From Eledone cirrhosa (Eukaryota), in assembly GCA_964016885.1 (NCBI GenBank), contig OZ024741.1, positions 302,064,001 to 302,128,000 of the forward strand: DNA of 64,000 nt. The letters run 5' to 3'. Positions 40,401 to 54,515 of the stretch are shown here, in pieces (position 1 is the stretch's first letter; each line of letters begins with the position of its first letter). The notes under the pieces were generated by a model. The model was not told the DNA's origin. It saw only the letters and a list, made by a program, of their open reading frames with translations, and made no database searches. A program made the translations under genes and the position numbers.

Positions 40401-43400
40401 ACAAGGACCAGGGATCTGGCACTCTCAGAGGGCTGACCACACACTCGGGCACAAAACTGAGTACTTCCATATTCCCGTGCATGCCTACATACATAAATAC
40501 ACATATGGCTATAGTGATATACATATATATGATCAGATAAAAGATTTAATCTTACCAAACAGCTTTAGGATCAGCAGCAACCAGGGAATTATAAATAGCA
40601 GCTCCAGACTTTTTCAAATAAGATGGATCACTAAAATTATAAGAATTATGAAATATTAGAAACAGATTTAGAATTTAACCTTTTCATGACCATATTTCTA
40701 TTTCAATTAATTGGTGAAGAATTGCAACTCTTTAGTTACCAACACAACCAAAACCGGCTCTGGTTCTAAGAAATAAAATCCCCCATTTTAAAGGTTTCCA
40801 ATTCAAATTAAAACCTTCCAACATAATTTTATATAAGGACCTTACATTAGGTTACTATCTTAGTAATGAAATAATTCATAATTTTAGTAAATCCCTCAAA
40901 ATTCTTCATTAATTGATTGAAATAGTCACAAAAGGGTTAAGGGACTTAATAAAATTATTAATTATTTAATAACTAAGATTGTAACTTAGCACAAAGTTCT
41001 TACATAAAATTATGTTGGAAGATTTTAATTTACATAGGAACTATTTAAAATGGGTGATTTTGTTCATAGTACCAAAACTGGTTTTGGTCAGATTAGTATT
41101 AAAAAGGTTAAACAATATAATCAATCTATATAATGTGAAGACAGCATAGATAAGTTGTTAAGAAGTTTTCTTCTTGATCACAAGATCCCAGATTCAATCG
41201 CAAAAAAGTTAAAAACAAAATTAAGTAATAGTAAAAAGAGGAAGGAGTAAAAAAGGGCAGGTCTGGCTGTATAGGAAAGTAAAGGAAAGGACTATAAATT
41301 CCATAAATGAGAAGAAAAGGAGGGAAAGAGCAAGAATTATTAGGCAATGGAAGAAAGAGAGGAGATAGGGGGGAGACTAACAGATTCCACACCTAGGTTG
41401 GGGCGGTGTTTCGGCTGTGTCCCATGGACAAAATTGCAACAAAGCCATATGAAAACTGAATTATTCAAAAGAATATGTCAAACCTTGACTTTGGTTTCAT
41501 TTCATTAAATGTTCCAGCAGCATAAACATGATCAGTTCCAAACTCCGAAATGGTCTACAAAGAAATATGACATATTATTAGTTATGTTGAAACCTTAATT
41601 TTTAAAAAACTAACAAGACAAATGTAAGTCTGAGCTAGAAAGTCATCAAAGTGGTGATGACTGGCCTCAAGAAGCTGAACCTCACAACACAGATAAAAAA
41701 AAGACTGCAATGATTGACATGCGGTGCCACTACACCCCTCATACATTTAATATCTATTTTCCATGCTTGCATCAGTTAAATGGGCTGTCATGTGACTAGG
41801 TCCTGCTCATACGCTTCCTTTTGGCTTAGTTTTACAACTGGATGCCCTTCCTATCATCATCATCCTCGTTTTTATGCCTATTTTTCCATGCTTGCATGGG
41901 TGGATGGGTCCTTCTCAGCACAGCATCTCACCACACATTGCATTTCTTCCTCATCTCCTCTGTGAGTACAGACATCTAACTGTGGAAGAAGAAGTACTAG
42001 ATCATGGAGGTGGCCTTGAAACAAGGGGATGGTGTTTGACATATTGTGGGGTTGCCTCACTTTCTTTCTGAGCCTAAATTTGTTTCCCTTTAACCGCCAC
42101 AACCACTGCTATTCTCACTCTTAAACACATTTGCCTCTATAAAATGCACTCAATATACTCTATGAAATAGTTGGCATTCAACCAGTAACATGGATATGGA
42201 TGACTGCTCAGTCGAGTTAATGACCTGACAACCTGTCTAGTTCTGGTGCCATGATAAAATGCATCCAATACACTTTATAAAGAAGTTGACATTAGGAAGG
42301 GCATTTGAGCACAGAAACCATGTCAAAACTGAAATGTATGTAAAGCAATGTGTGGTCCCCCAACCATTCTAGGAGGTCAGTAGCTCCAATTAAGTACTGA
42401 GTTAGTTTCTAACAACCTGTCTAACCCATGACAGCACAGAAAAATGGATGTAAAAGATTATGATGATGATGATGCTGATGAATGCAAAGGCTGGAGATAA
42501 ATGAAGTGACAATGCTTCAATGGATGTGTAGTTAATATGTATGAATGGCAAAGCATATATCAGAGAAAAACTCAATATAAGAGGAATCAAATGTAATATG
42601 CAAGAAAGACAACTGCAGTTGTACAGGCAAGTAATGCATATGGATAATGATTATTGGGTGAAAAAAGGCCAGGAGTTCCCAGTGAAAGGAAGCTGCAGTA
42701 GAGGAATAACAGTGAAGAACTGGGCAAAAGTGGTGAGAGTGAATCTTAAAATACTGAACCTCAGGGAGGATATGATGAAGAAATGCAACAAGTGGAGGGT
42801 ACTGTACTGCAAAAAACCTGTCCAACCCATGCAAGCATGGAAAAACAGATGAAAAAAATAATATAGTATTAACTGTTTCTTCTATAAAACTGGACAAATC
42901 TATAACGTTGAAAGTTCTTGATAGATGCCCTCATTTCGAATTAATTGTGAATTACTGATTAAGTGACATTTTTTAAATGGAATTTACTCTATAGAAGATG
43001 AGCAAATAAATGTTTCATTTTGTCCTTTTCATTTCTATGTCTGGAGATTAAAATATTTTATACTGATGGTTGAGCAACAAATTAAGATAAATATAACCAG
43101 TTTTGATTGGTATAACAATCTTAGAAAATATCAGATTTTTTTTTTTATGTTTTTTCTCATGTATTCTGTGAGCTATTTGAATATATGTCAATTTTCTGTC
43201 AAAATTTCTTCTTTATGAAGGTGCAGTGGAGAAGGTAAAAGTGGTGTTAAACAGGCCAGGATTCAATTGAAATCACTTCTTCTCTTCTTTTTAATAACAT
43301 TTTTTATAAATCTATAGACTATAAATATTCAAAAACGAAGCCAGTTATATTTAATGCAACAATTATAAAATTATTAATTCTGTCAGATTAAAGAAAACAA

Positions 43401-46400
43401 TAATCATTATTAAATTTACCTCTTCAATCAGCATTTTTCCAATTGTAGTAAACATGGGGTCTTGGAAATCAACTATGTAAATTCTGGAAAAAATAAAAGT
43501 GCATTAGTAAAAGTAAAACCAAATGTGACAGAATAATAAAATTATACTTTTTAGAATTAAATTGAATATAGTAAATTTACTATATTTAAATCATACTAGA
43601 AATATATAATTAGACAGTGGAATTCATTTATTGTGACTGCTTTTAGATTACAATAGCCAGCTAATAAGATTAAGCAGAAGATATATATATATATGCACTA
43701 CAGGCAGTGAATTAGTAGAGTTGTTAGGGTATCAGATTAAAAAAGCCTCACTGAATTCTTCCTGAATAATTAGAATTTAGCCCTTTTAATAGCAACCCAC
43801 TTGAAACTGATGCTGGTTCTATGATACAAGACTGCTTGTTTTTAAGTCTTTATATTTCTCTAAAATCCTTCCATTATAATTTTATGTAAGTACCTTTGTA
43901 AAAGTATATTCCAAACATCAGCTTGATACTGAGAAAGTTAGTAATATCAGTAAATCCCTTCAAATTCTTGACTGTTTTCAAAATTAACTGACAAACATAT
44001 GCAACAATGTTTTTCATTTAAAATATAGTAGCAAAAGAGTTTATGAACTAAGAAACAAAAATATGAGAAATGTGTTTTCTTCTTACCCAGTATAAGGTGA
44101 TTTGAATTTACTCCAGTTTGGTGACTTTGTTACAGTTGCGTTAGGATAAAGTCTGAAAATAAAACAAAACTGATCATAATTGAAATTCGATAGACTTTGA
44201 CAGATCATTATCATCATCCATTTCTCCACGCTTGCATGGGTTGGGCGAGTCCTTTTCAGCACAGCATCTCTCCACTTGCCACATTTCTTCATCATCTCCT
44301 CTGTGAGATTCAGCGATTTGCAGTCAGCTCTCATCACCTCTGCTCGGGTCTTCCTTGGTCTACGTGTACCACGGCTTCCACGGCTACCCTGAGAAGCAAG
44401 GCGTTCAGCGTACGGTAGATACGTGATGTAGGGTATTCATTTAATAAATGAAGCTAAACAAAGGGCCAAAAATACATTTTAGTTATATCAAAAACATGAC
44501 AATCCTCCTAGTGCTGGTGCCACAATAAAATGCACTCATTACACCCTGTAGGGTGCAGATTTAAATGTAAGTGCGGTGCAGGCCCCAGGCTCATCTATGA
44601 GGTCAGTAGCCCTTAAGTACTGACTTGGTCTGTGACGACCCAACCAACACTTGCTAGCAAGAAAAACAGATGTTAAATGATGATGAAGATGATGGAAAAA
44701 TGATAATATGGACTTACTTGGTAATGCTGGCTGGCATGTGGCCTCCAAACCCTGCCAAAATAGGAATCATACCCAAATGTCTCATACGATCAAGAATGCG
44801 ATGTTGTAGAGCCAGCTGGTCATTAATCCAGGTTTGTGGCAATGGACCACCCCAACCTTGGATATTCCCCATACGAGACCTGAACATTGAAAAAGAAGGG
44901 GGAAAATTACTTAATATTAAACTTATAGAAGGCAAAATGGTTGAATGAGTTCAAACTTTCTTTTTCTTTTTATCACTTCATCAGGAGGAAAAGCAGCACT
45001 TAAGGGCATTCAACATTGATGAGAGGGATGGGGAGAGGAGAGTATTCTCAAACCTGAGATATGGTATGAATACTTGCAACACTGTGGACACTGATAAAGG
45101 TACCCAAGAGCCAGGTGTTGATGTTACACTGGAACAACTAATTAAGTTTAGTATCCAAGTAGGTCATAGTAGGATTTGAACTCAGAATACCACATGATAT
45201 CATATTTAAAACTCTAATAGTTATGCCAGTCCACTGCCCTAGACTCTTATTTTATTTCATTGACAGTGGCAAGGATTAAAAAAAAAATTTGACTTCAGTG
45301 TGATTTAAAGTCAAGATGTAGTACACTCTGTAAAGTGGTTAGTGATAAGAAGGGCATGCAGCCATAGAAAACATGCCAAGTAAAGAGTCAGGAAGACTCT
45401 TCAACTATATCAAAGTCATGACAAATTTCCTAGTGGTGCTGTCATGATAAAATACACACAGTAGAGCACAGAATCATATATCAGGCCCCTGGCCAACCTG
45501 TCGGTAAGAGGCTTTGCTTGAATACTGACTGATCTGTGATGACATGCCTGACCCTTGCTAACAAAGAAAACAGACATTAAATGATGATGATGATGATGAT
45601 GATGACAAAGACATAAATGATGGCAATGATAATGATAATATGACGATGATGATGGCAACGAAGACAAAAATAATGATAATGATGATGATGATGATGATGA
45701 ATGCAAAGAGCCAGAATAATACCACAAAGCATGTACCCATTGATTTAACACTTCTGCCAAATTATAATATAAAATATAAAATAAATATATATATATAGCT
45801 GTAGATCTAAACTGACAATTATCCTTGAGATAATAATTCTGGATGGGTGGTGTCATTCATATGGTGATGAAAGAGTTAATGTGTAGGACATTCAATTGGT
45901 TGAAGAATTAAATGTTCATCATTGAGACTGATGGAGCAATGGTCCATTATGATCTCTGTCCAAATCAGTCCCTGGTAGTATATTACAATGGGGATCTATG
46001 TGTTCTAGTGTCAGACTGACAACAACAATGAGAACTCACCATGCTAGGAAAGCTGGACCTCCAAAGAAACCATCAACATCAGCTTGAGAGAACCCTAATT
46101 TTGTCAACACCTGAAAAAGAAAAAAATATTTTATTATTATATAGAGAGAGACCCGTAACTACTGATGGAGTCATAGGGGTGCCATAGTGACATACAGTGT
46201 TTCTTCACCATTTTAAACCTGGTGAAGCCCATCCACACTCCAGGTCTGTACACAACCAATTTCTTCCAGAGAAGGAGAAATAGTAACAGAGATGAGATGA
46301 AGTGAGAAAGAGATATAGAGGAAGAATCAACCCTAGTGCTTAACTGGTACTTTTTTATCAACCTCAAAAGGATGAAAGACAAAGTTGGTTTGGGCAGGAT

Positions 46401-49400
46401 TTGAACTAAGAATACCACAAAGCATTCCATCCAACATTCTAACAACCCTGCCAATTTGCCATCTGATTTGCTATTAGTGTGTCACAAAACAGAGACTGAT
46501 TGTTAACTTGGGAACAAAACCACTAAAATTGGGGGAAAGGAACAAACAAATTATATTGACCACAATATTATTTATATGAAGGGTGGGAGAGAAAGACAAG
46601 AGACAGAATGAAAGAGAGAAATCATCAGAGTTTGTCAGACCTGACACTTATAGCACTTTTCAAGGTTTTAGTTAAAATGCCATTCGTGACTAGAATCATC
46701 ATCATCGTTATTATTTAATGTCAACAGATCCGTATGAGCAAGACACGGCATTTTGTTATAATTGTTTTTGTTTTGTTTTGTTTTTTGTTATATAAAAGAA
46801 AACAATTTTTTTTTTTTAAATTAACAATAAAATGATGTTCTTACTCTCTGAAAGATAGCTTCCTGTCCAGTAAATGCAAGAGGAAAGTTGATGCCATGCA
46901 GAGCCATCCAATCAATGTGTGCTTCCCACTGTGTCCAGTTGAACCATGCAAAGGAATAACTGACTGTGCAGACATTTTGATAATATCGAAACCTGAAAAA
47001 TGATTTTTTTAAAAACAAATGTAAACTGTAGTCATATTGAAATAGTTTTTCAGTGAAATTTGTTGATTTTTAAACCCACATTATTTTGTGCCTGTTTTCG
47101 ATACTGCATTATATACATTTTAAGATCATGATTATACGTAGGTAAAAAAACATAATATGTATCTGATTCATTGATCATCATCATTGTCTTCATTTTAGCA
47201 TCTTTTTTCCACACTGATACAGGATAGACAGGTGTACAGTACAGAAAAAATGCATCACTTGCATCATCCTCTTTTATAAAGACTAGCATTATAAGATCAG
47301 ACAGACTTCAACATTTCTTCAACATTTCTTCAACATGTCTTCCTTACTCATCTGCTGCATATACCTTTCCAGAGTTTATTTTAAGGAAATTTTAGAACTG
47401 CACAAATCACTGCTATGACTTGGTGTTTGATATTATTTGAGTCTGAGAAGCATTTTTAATGGCTATATTTAATTTTTTATAAGTATTTAAACCATTTTAT
47501 AAGTCTTTAACCATTATTTACCTTGTAAGGGTATGTAGTATTTGAAATGAAATGTAAATTAACTGAACAAAATTAGATTTAGAACTACACAATTAAGGGT
47601 CAACTAGACATTCAAATAACCCCTGTACTTTTCTTTCACTATTAGTAAATAACATTTCAAGGGATTCAAGATTCAAGAAATCAACTGTAAAGTATGGAAT
47701 GGAATGACTGGAATGGATCTCTGTCGGTTTCAACAGCGAGTGTTCCAGTTGTTCAATCAATGAATTCATGAAATTAATGTTTGAGTGGCTGAGCATTCTA
47801 CAGACATTTATACCCTTAATATAATTTTCATATAAGATTCAATGTAAGATTCATCATGACACAGTGTGTGTCAAGACTGACCCTTTGAATTACAGGTACA
47901 ACTCATATTTTCTAGTTGAGTGAACTGGAGCAATGTGAAATAAACTGTTTTGCTCAAGGGCTCAATGCACTGCTGGGAATCGAACTCCCAACCTTACAAT
48001 TCTGAGCCAAACACCTAAATTACCAAGCCACATGCCTTCACATCCAAATAGCTGAGTATTCTACAGACATGGGTATTCTTATACATAATTCTGGGGGAGA
48101 TTCAGCATGACAGAATGTGTGACAAGACTAGTCCATTGAATTACAGGTACAGTCCAGCTGACAAGCTTCTGTAGCAAGAGTTGCCTCCCTTGTTGTGATG
48201 ATCACATCACCAATAGATTAATTGTTTCTACTTTAGGCACAAGGCCAGCAATTACCCAGTGCATTACTGGTACTTTATTTTATCGACCCCGTAAGGATGA
48301 AAGGCAAAGTCAACCTCGGCGGGATTTGAACTCAGATCGTAAAGGGACGTAACTATGCTGGAAAGCATGGCGTCCGACCCTCTACCGATACTGCCAATCC
48401 ACCGCCTGATTAATGCTCTCTAGACAGGAAGTAGCTGGAGTTACTTCCCGTTGGGGTGGCAGAACCCTTTTTGTCACTTCCGTCTTGAGACCCTATAAAA
48501 GGGATACTCAGAGCGATCTCTACCTCTCATTTGCCTTTCGGCTCCTGGCTTTCTAACCTGCCTGGCCCTTCGGCCAGGTGCGTTCGTCTGGCAACCCTAA
48601 CATGGCCTCTTGCAAGCTAACTTCAAAATGGTAACAAATAACTTTACTACATTCTTTCATCTACTACTCATTGACATGTCAACTATACTGTTCTACATAA
48701 CTGCAAATTGTTAATTAAACGTTATATACACAACCTAGTGTTTTGTTGTATTCATACAATCCAGTATTTTGTTATACTTCCAATCAATTTTCATCCTAGT
48801 TTCACTCACAAGGCATGAGTCTACCTGTAGCTATGGTGACACTTGTCCAAAATGTTATGCAGTGGGATTGAACCCAAGACCTAATGATTGAGAAGCAAAC
48901 TTCTTAACCATATGGCTATGTTGCATTCACTACAGAAATGTCTAATTGGTAGATAAATTAGTTATGGGATCAAATTCACATACCTGTCATTTGATTTCAT
49001 CTTGTGAGCAGGAGCTGAGATTACAGGTAAAGGTTTTGGTATATTCAGTTGTGAGCCCCCCCAAGCAACATGGCATCCACAGTGATACTTTAAGTAGTGA
49101 TAGAAACCCCAGACAGCTACCACACCTGTATTTCCTGAGATATTCAACTTCCCGGTAGCAGGGTCAGTTACCAGCTAAAATCAGAAGAAAAAAAAAAACC
49201 TTCAGTCCATAAATTTCTTTTTTAAATTATTACTTACCTCTACAGGTAAACAGAACTACTGAAGCTGAGGAAGCAACTACATGATAAATTTACCTACTAG
49301 AAATAGCAGTCAAACCTCTCCTAAATTACATGCTGCTTTCTTAAAATAAAGAAGGACACATTAAATAATGATTTTGCTGCTGCTGTTATTGTTATTATTG

Positions 49401-51732
49401 GACTTCTGTTAGTTCCAGCAATGAATATTAAAGGTGTTTGAGCAATAGAAATTAACATGATTGTAGAAATGTACATGAAATTAACATGATTGGCTGAGAA
49501 TTATACAGATATGTGTACCCTTAACATAATTCTTAGGGAGCTTTATCATGACACAGTCATGATAAAGGCTGGTCCTTTGAATTATAGGCGTAACTCATTT
49601 TTGCCAGCTAAATGGACTGGAGCAATGTGAAATAAAGTGTCTTGCTGAAGGACACAATGTGCCACTGAAAATTGAAATTATAACTTTACTATCATGAACA
49701 GAACACTCTAACAGCAAAGCCATGTACCATACCTAATGTAATTCGAGATATAATGTCTGATAAACATATTGGATGGTCACAGCTGGAATGCTTTGATAAT
49801 ATGTCAACTTGTTCAATGCTGACATGAGGCTAAACAACATTTTCAGCTCCATATCTTCGCCCTAATTGTTCATCTCTCGCTACTCCAACATACACCTCTT
49901 TTGAGATAACGAGAAAGCCTATATATTATCAATGAACCTATTGAAAATAGAGGACAAATTTTCCTCAAATGCCACCTAACTTTCTTAAAAATATGGAAGT
50001 ACTCATTGAATCGTGGAATCCAAGATACACTTACCCTGTATACAAGTCAGGATAGTCTTTTTGTTTATATTAGCTAGGTCTGAGGAAGGAGAAATGATCA
50101 TGGTCTCTGTAGGCCCTTAAACTACAGCAAGTTCATGACTACAGGAAGACATATGCTGAGAGGGAATTTCAGAAAGTCAATGTTCTATGAGATATCAACC
50201 CCAGACAAGAGCTCAACAATCAATACAATAAACTTTGACATTCATTGAATGCATGTATTGACTGGTGTGCAGCAACATCTATTGTAAATGAAACATATAA
50301 AGCAGTCCTCTACCATCAGGGGAATATCTTGATCAATAATCAATACGTTTACTAGGACTACTCAACAACAGCAAAAACAACTTTACAACTACAATTCAAA
50401 CTGAATATGAATCACTCTAATTTCACGTAGGTATTCCTATTTATCCCTCATCCTGTCCAAAGGGCCTAAAAAATGCCAGAATATGTGCTCTGCTCTTCTT
50501 CCTCTGACTAAATAGGCAATAAAAGAAAATTCAGATATATTGCACACTAATAAATGGTAAACTATTCCATAAAGAGGAAAAATTCAATTACAGTGAAGAC
50601 ATCTTTTTCATCTTCTTCCAATTTAGGATCCACATGTATGTTGAATTCATCTGCACGAAGGGGAATGAGACGCTGAAGAACACCTTTAGCAGCAACTGCC
50701 TGGTCGTTGGGTGAAACCTTACTGCGTACATGGTTCAAGTTTGGAAACCCTGTGTAAATAAAAGTGTTAAAAATATTCTAAGAGAGGAGAAACTTCTAAG
50801 TCAGGAATAAAATGAACATATATAATAAAAGAAAGCAAATCATATAATTCTATGGAAAGAAATTTCCATACCAGCACAGTCTTCTCTCTTCCACACTTCA
50901 TTTGATTCCTCTTATCTCCAGTTTCCCATGCTTTGCCAGTCATGCACATTAATATCATATATCCCTTGAAGAATGCTTACTTCATTTCTCTCAAGCCTTC
51001 ACATATCTTCTACATTTCCATGCTGATATTTATATCATATTATCATCATCATCATTGTTGTTTTAATGCCTGCTTTCTCTGCTAGCAAAGGTTGAACCGG
51101 TCTACATAGACCAAGTCAATACTGAAGCGGAGCCACTGACCTCCCAGGGAGGCCAGAGATCTGTGTCTTGGATTATGTATGGTTGATGCTTCACTGAGTG
51201 TACAGGAGTGGTTATCATGTCTTTGACACAACTGAGAGTATTCCCAACCATTTTGTTGGCAAGATATCTACGACTGGAAGCCCTTCCTATCACCAACCAC
51301 TTTACAGCATGTACTGGGTGTGTTTATTATGTAGATCACCAACACTAAGGAGGCTATCATGTCCTTGACACAGCTGAAGGGTCCTCCTGACCCGTTGTTT
51401 GGCAAGCTTTCTATGGCTGGATGCCCTTCCTATCCCCAACCCCTTTACAGTGTGCACTCGATGTGTTTATCGTGTGGGTCACCAACACTAGGAAGGCTGT
51501 CATGATAATAAAAAAAAACTAGATACACAACAATATAACAAAGCTGTTGTACATGCACTGAACCACCAAAAAGAAAAAATCCTGCACTATTCACATGAGC
51601 CTACATCTAACATAGAAAATGACATTGCAAAAATTACTAGCATTAGCATTTAGACAATTGTCTGACAAGTGTGTATGAATGCATGTTTATGAAAATGTAT
51701 GTGTATGTACATGTAGTTATATGTGTCTGTAT

Positions 51733-51763
<31 letters not shown>

Positions 51764-54482
51764 CAGGGTCCGGACGATATTGTTCGCAAGATTACTGTCT
51801 AGGAAAAAAATAACACAGTAGTTTTATTTTTTAAGATATATTTATCAAACTTGGGTCAGTTTGTCTTCATGACTTGTTCTTTCGATCTCACTCGATAAAC
51901 CCGCCATTGGCTTTGATGATGGCCTCGGAACCGGCTACAGGCCTTCGTCACTGTCCCCGGACTTAGGCCCCTAAAGGCACTTGTGATCCTGGCCTTCAGA
52001 TCGTCTTTCGTATTGCAGCTAGATCTGCGCCCCACACAAAGAAGTCAACGGGGTTGCAGTCAGGCGAGCTGGGAGGCCAGATGTCAGGTGAAGTGTGGTC
52101 AACGAAGTTCTCTGACAGCCAGGCTTGTTGATCAGCTTCTTTGCGTGCTTCAGTCGCTTTTCTTGCATCGCCTTTGACAGAAATTGTCCTTTCCTCATCT
52201 TGTATAAAACGTAGCGAATGTCTTAATGTACCACCAGCCTAATGTGCTTTTCATCCATGCCTTTCTCCCTTGCAATGGCACGCATCGACTTGCTAGGTTC
52301 ATTGTTGATGATATCCTGAACTTCAGCGACGAACTTGGGCGTTCTGAAGGTGTTAGATCGTCGATCATGTGTTTTCCTCCCTGATGTTGCTTCGTAGTCG
52401 CGTCCTGAATATTCTAATTCCTTTCAGACCTTTTCCACCATTCTCCTGCTGGCGCTGAGAAAGTTTGAAATTTCCTTATTTGTCCTCCCAGCGCGGATTC
52501 CAAGAAGAACTCCGTGTCTCTTCCACAAATGTGGAGGTTCAAAATTATTCATAATCAATTATTCTGAAAATAAATAATGGAAATATAGTCACTGTTTTTA
52601 TGAAGACAAGAGTGACAACGGAAGTAAAAAAAATTTGTATAAAATTAGCAGTTGAAAATTGCGAACAAATATCGTCCACACCCTGTATATCATCATCATC
52701 ATCGTTTAACGTCTATCTTTCATGCTAGAATGGGTTAGACGGGAGTTGTCCCACTTGAGTTAACATTGGTCAGGTGACCGTGTCTCGCTCGTATAGGACT
52801 ATCTGGCAGGTTTTCTACAGCTGGATGCCCTTCCGAACACCAACCACATTTACAGTGTGGACAGAGCTTTTTACTGTATTACCTACACAGCCACATTACA
52901 GCGTGGACTGTGTGTTTTTTGTTGTGACACCTACACGATCTCATTAGTTTGGACTGGATGTTGTGGTACCAACATAACTTTACAGAGAAAGGGTGGTGTT
53001 GATGGGAGTGGGAGGATGGAGTAGGGATGTATATTTGGTTAAGAGGTGCCTACTGACTGTAGGTTTCGCTTTGTACATAGGCAAGGCGAGTCTTCTGTAT
53101 TACTGCGTGGCGCCAAAGATCTCGGTCCAGTGACATTGTCTTAGAGAGGTGCAAGTGTGCAAGGTTGGAATTTATCAAATCATACCAGGTTTTTCTGGGT
53201 CTACCTACTCTGTAACTTCCATCAATTTTGATCGCCCTGTACTTTTTTATACAGCTGTTGTCTTTCATGCGCATCACTATACCAACGTAGTCTTCTCTTG
53301 AGTAAACAGCATCTGATCCCTCTTATTCCTAATTTCTCACTTAGTTCATTTATGTTTTGCCGTTCACGTATATTACTATTACACATCCATGCATTCTTTG
53401 TTCCTTTCCAGTCTACGCAGGTCCTCTGCACACAATGCCCATGTCTCACTGCCATGTAACATTGCTGTTCGTATACAGGCATCATACAATCTGCCTTTCA
53501 TTTTTAGAGAGAAACTTTTTGTGGCCAACAGCGGTATAAGCTCTTTGAACTTTTTTCATCCGTTCTGACTCTGGCTACTGTACTTTCAGAGCACCCTCCA
53601 CCACTGCTGATTTGGTCACCCAGGTAACGGAAAGTGTCCACTATTTCTATAGAACTATCTGAGCAATAGAAGGAGCTAGTATCCTCTGGGCACATGCTAC
53701 TTATTGCACCTGAGCATCGGCGACATATAAAATCTACGTTCTTAGATAGCTTACCTGTGATCCCACTACATTTTTTATGTACCCATAGTTTGCATTTGGG
53801 ACATAAAATGGAATTTCTACCTACTCCTTTCCTACACACTGAGCCTGGCCATTTCCCAGAAGGCACCTGTGCCCTATTTTCCTTTCTACATACTAGAACT
53901 TTAGTCTTAGACAAGTTAACTTTAAGGCCTTTTGATTCTAGGCCATGCTTCCATGTTTGGAATTTCTTCTCTAGTTCAGTCATAGATTCAGCTATGAGAG
54001 TTAGATCATCTGCGTATAGAAGTCCCCATGGGCAGCCGGTCTTAAAGGGCAATAATAAATAGGAGGAGGCTAAGGACAGAGCCTTGATGAACACCAACTT
54101 TTATGCTAAATTCTTCACTATATTCATTGTTAATTCTAACCTTGCTGACTGTTTCTTTATACATGGCTGTTTCTTTATACAAGCCATTCATCTACTCCTA
54201 GTTTTCTAAGAGCCCACCAGATAATGGAGCGGAGGACTCTGTCAAAGGCTTTCTCCAAGTCAACAAAAGCTAAGTAGAGGGGTTTACATTTAGCTAGGTA
54301 CTTCTGTAGTTGTCGTACAAGGAAAAGAGCATCTATGGTACTTTTACCTGACACAAACCCAAACTGCATTTCATCTAGATCAATTCTCTCTCTGATTAGT
54401 TGTGCTATAACTCTTTCTGTGACCTTCATGACCTGGTCAACTAACTTAATGCCTCTATAGTTTCCCCTATCTAGAGCATCTC

Positions 54483-54515
<33 letters not shown>

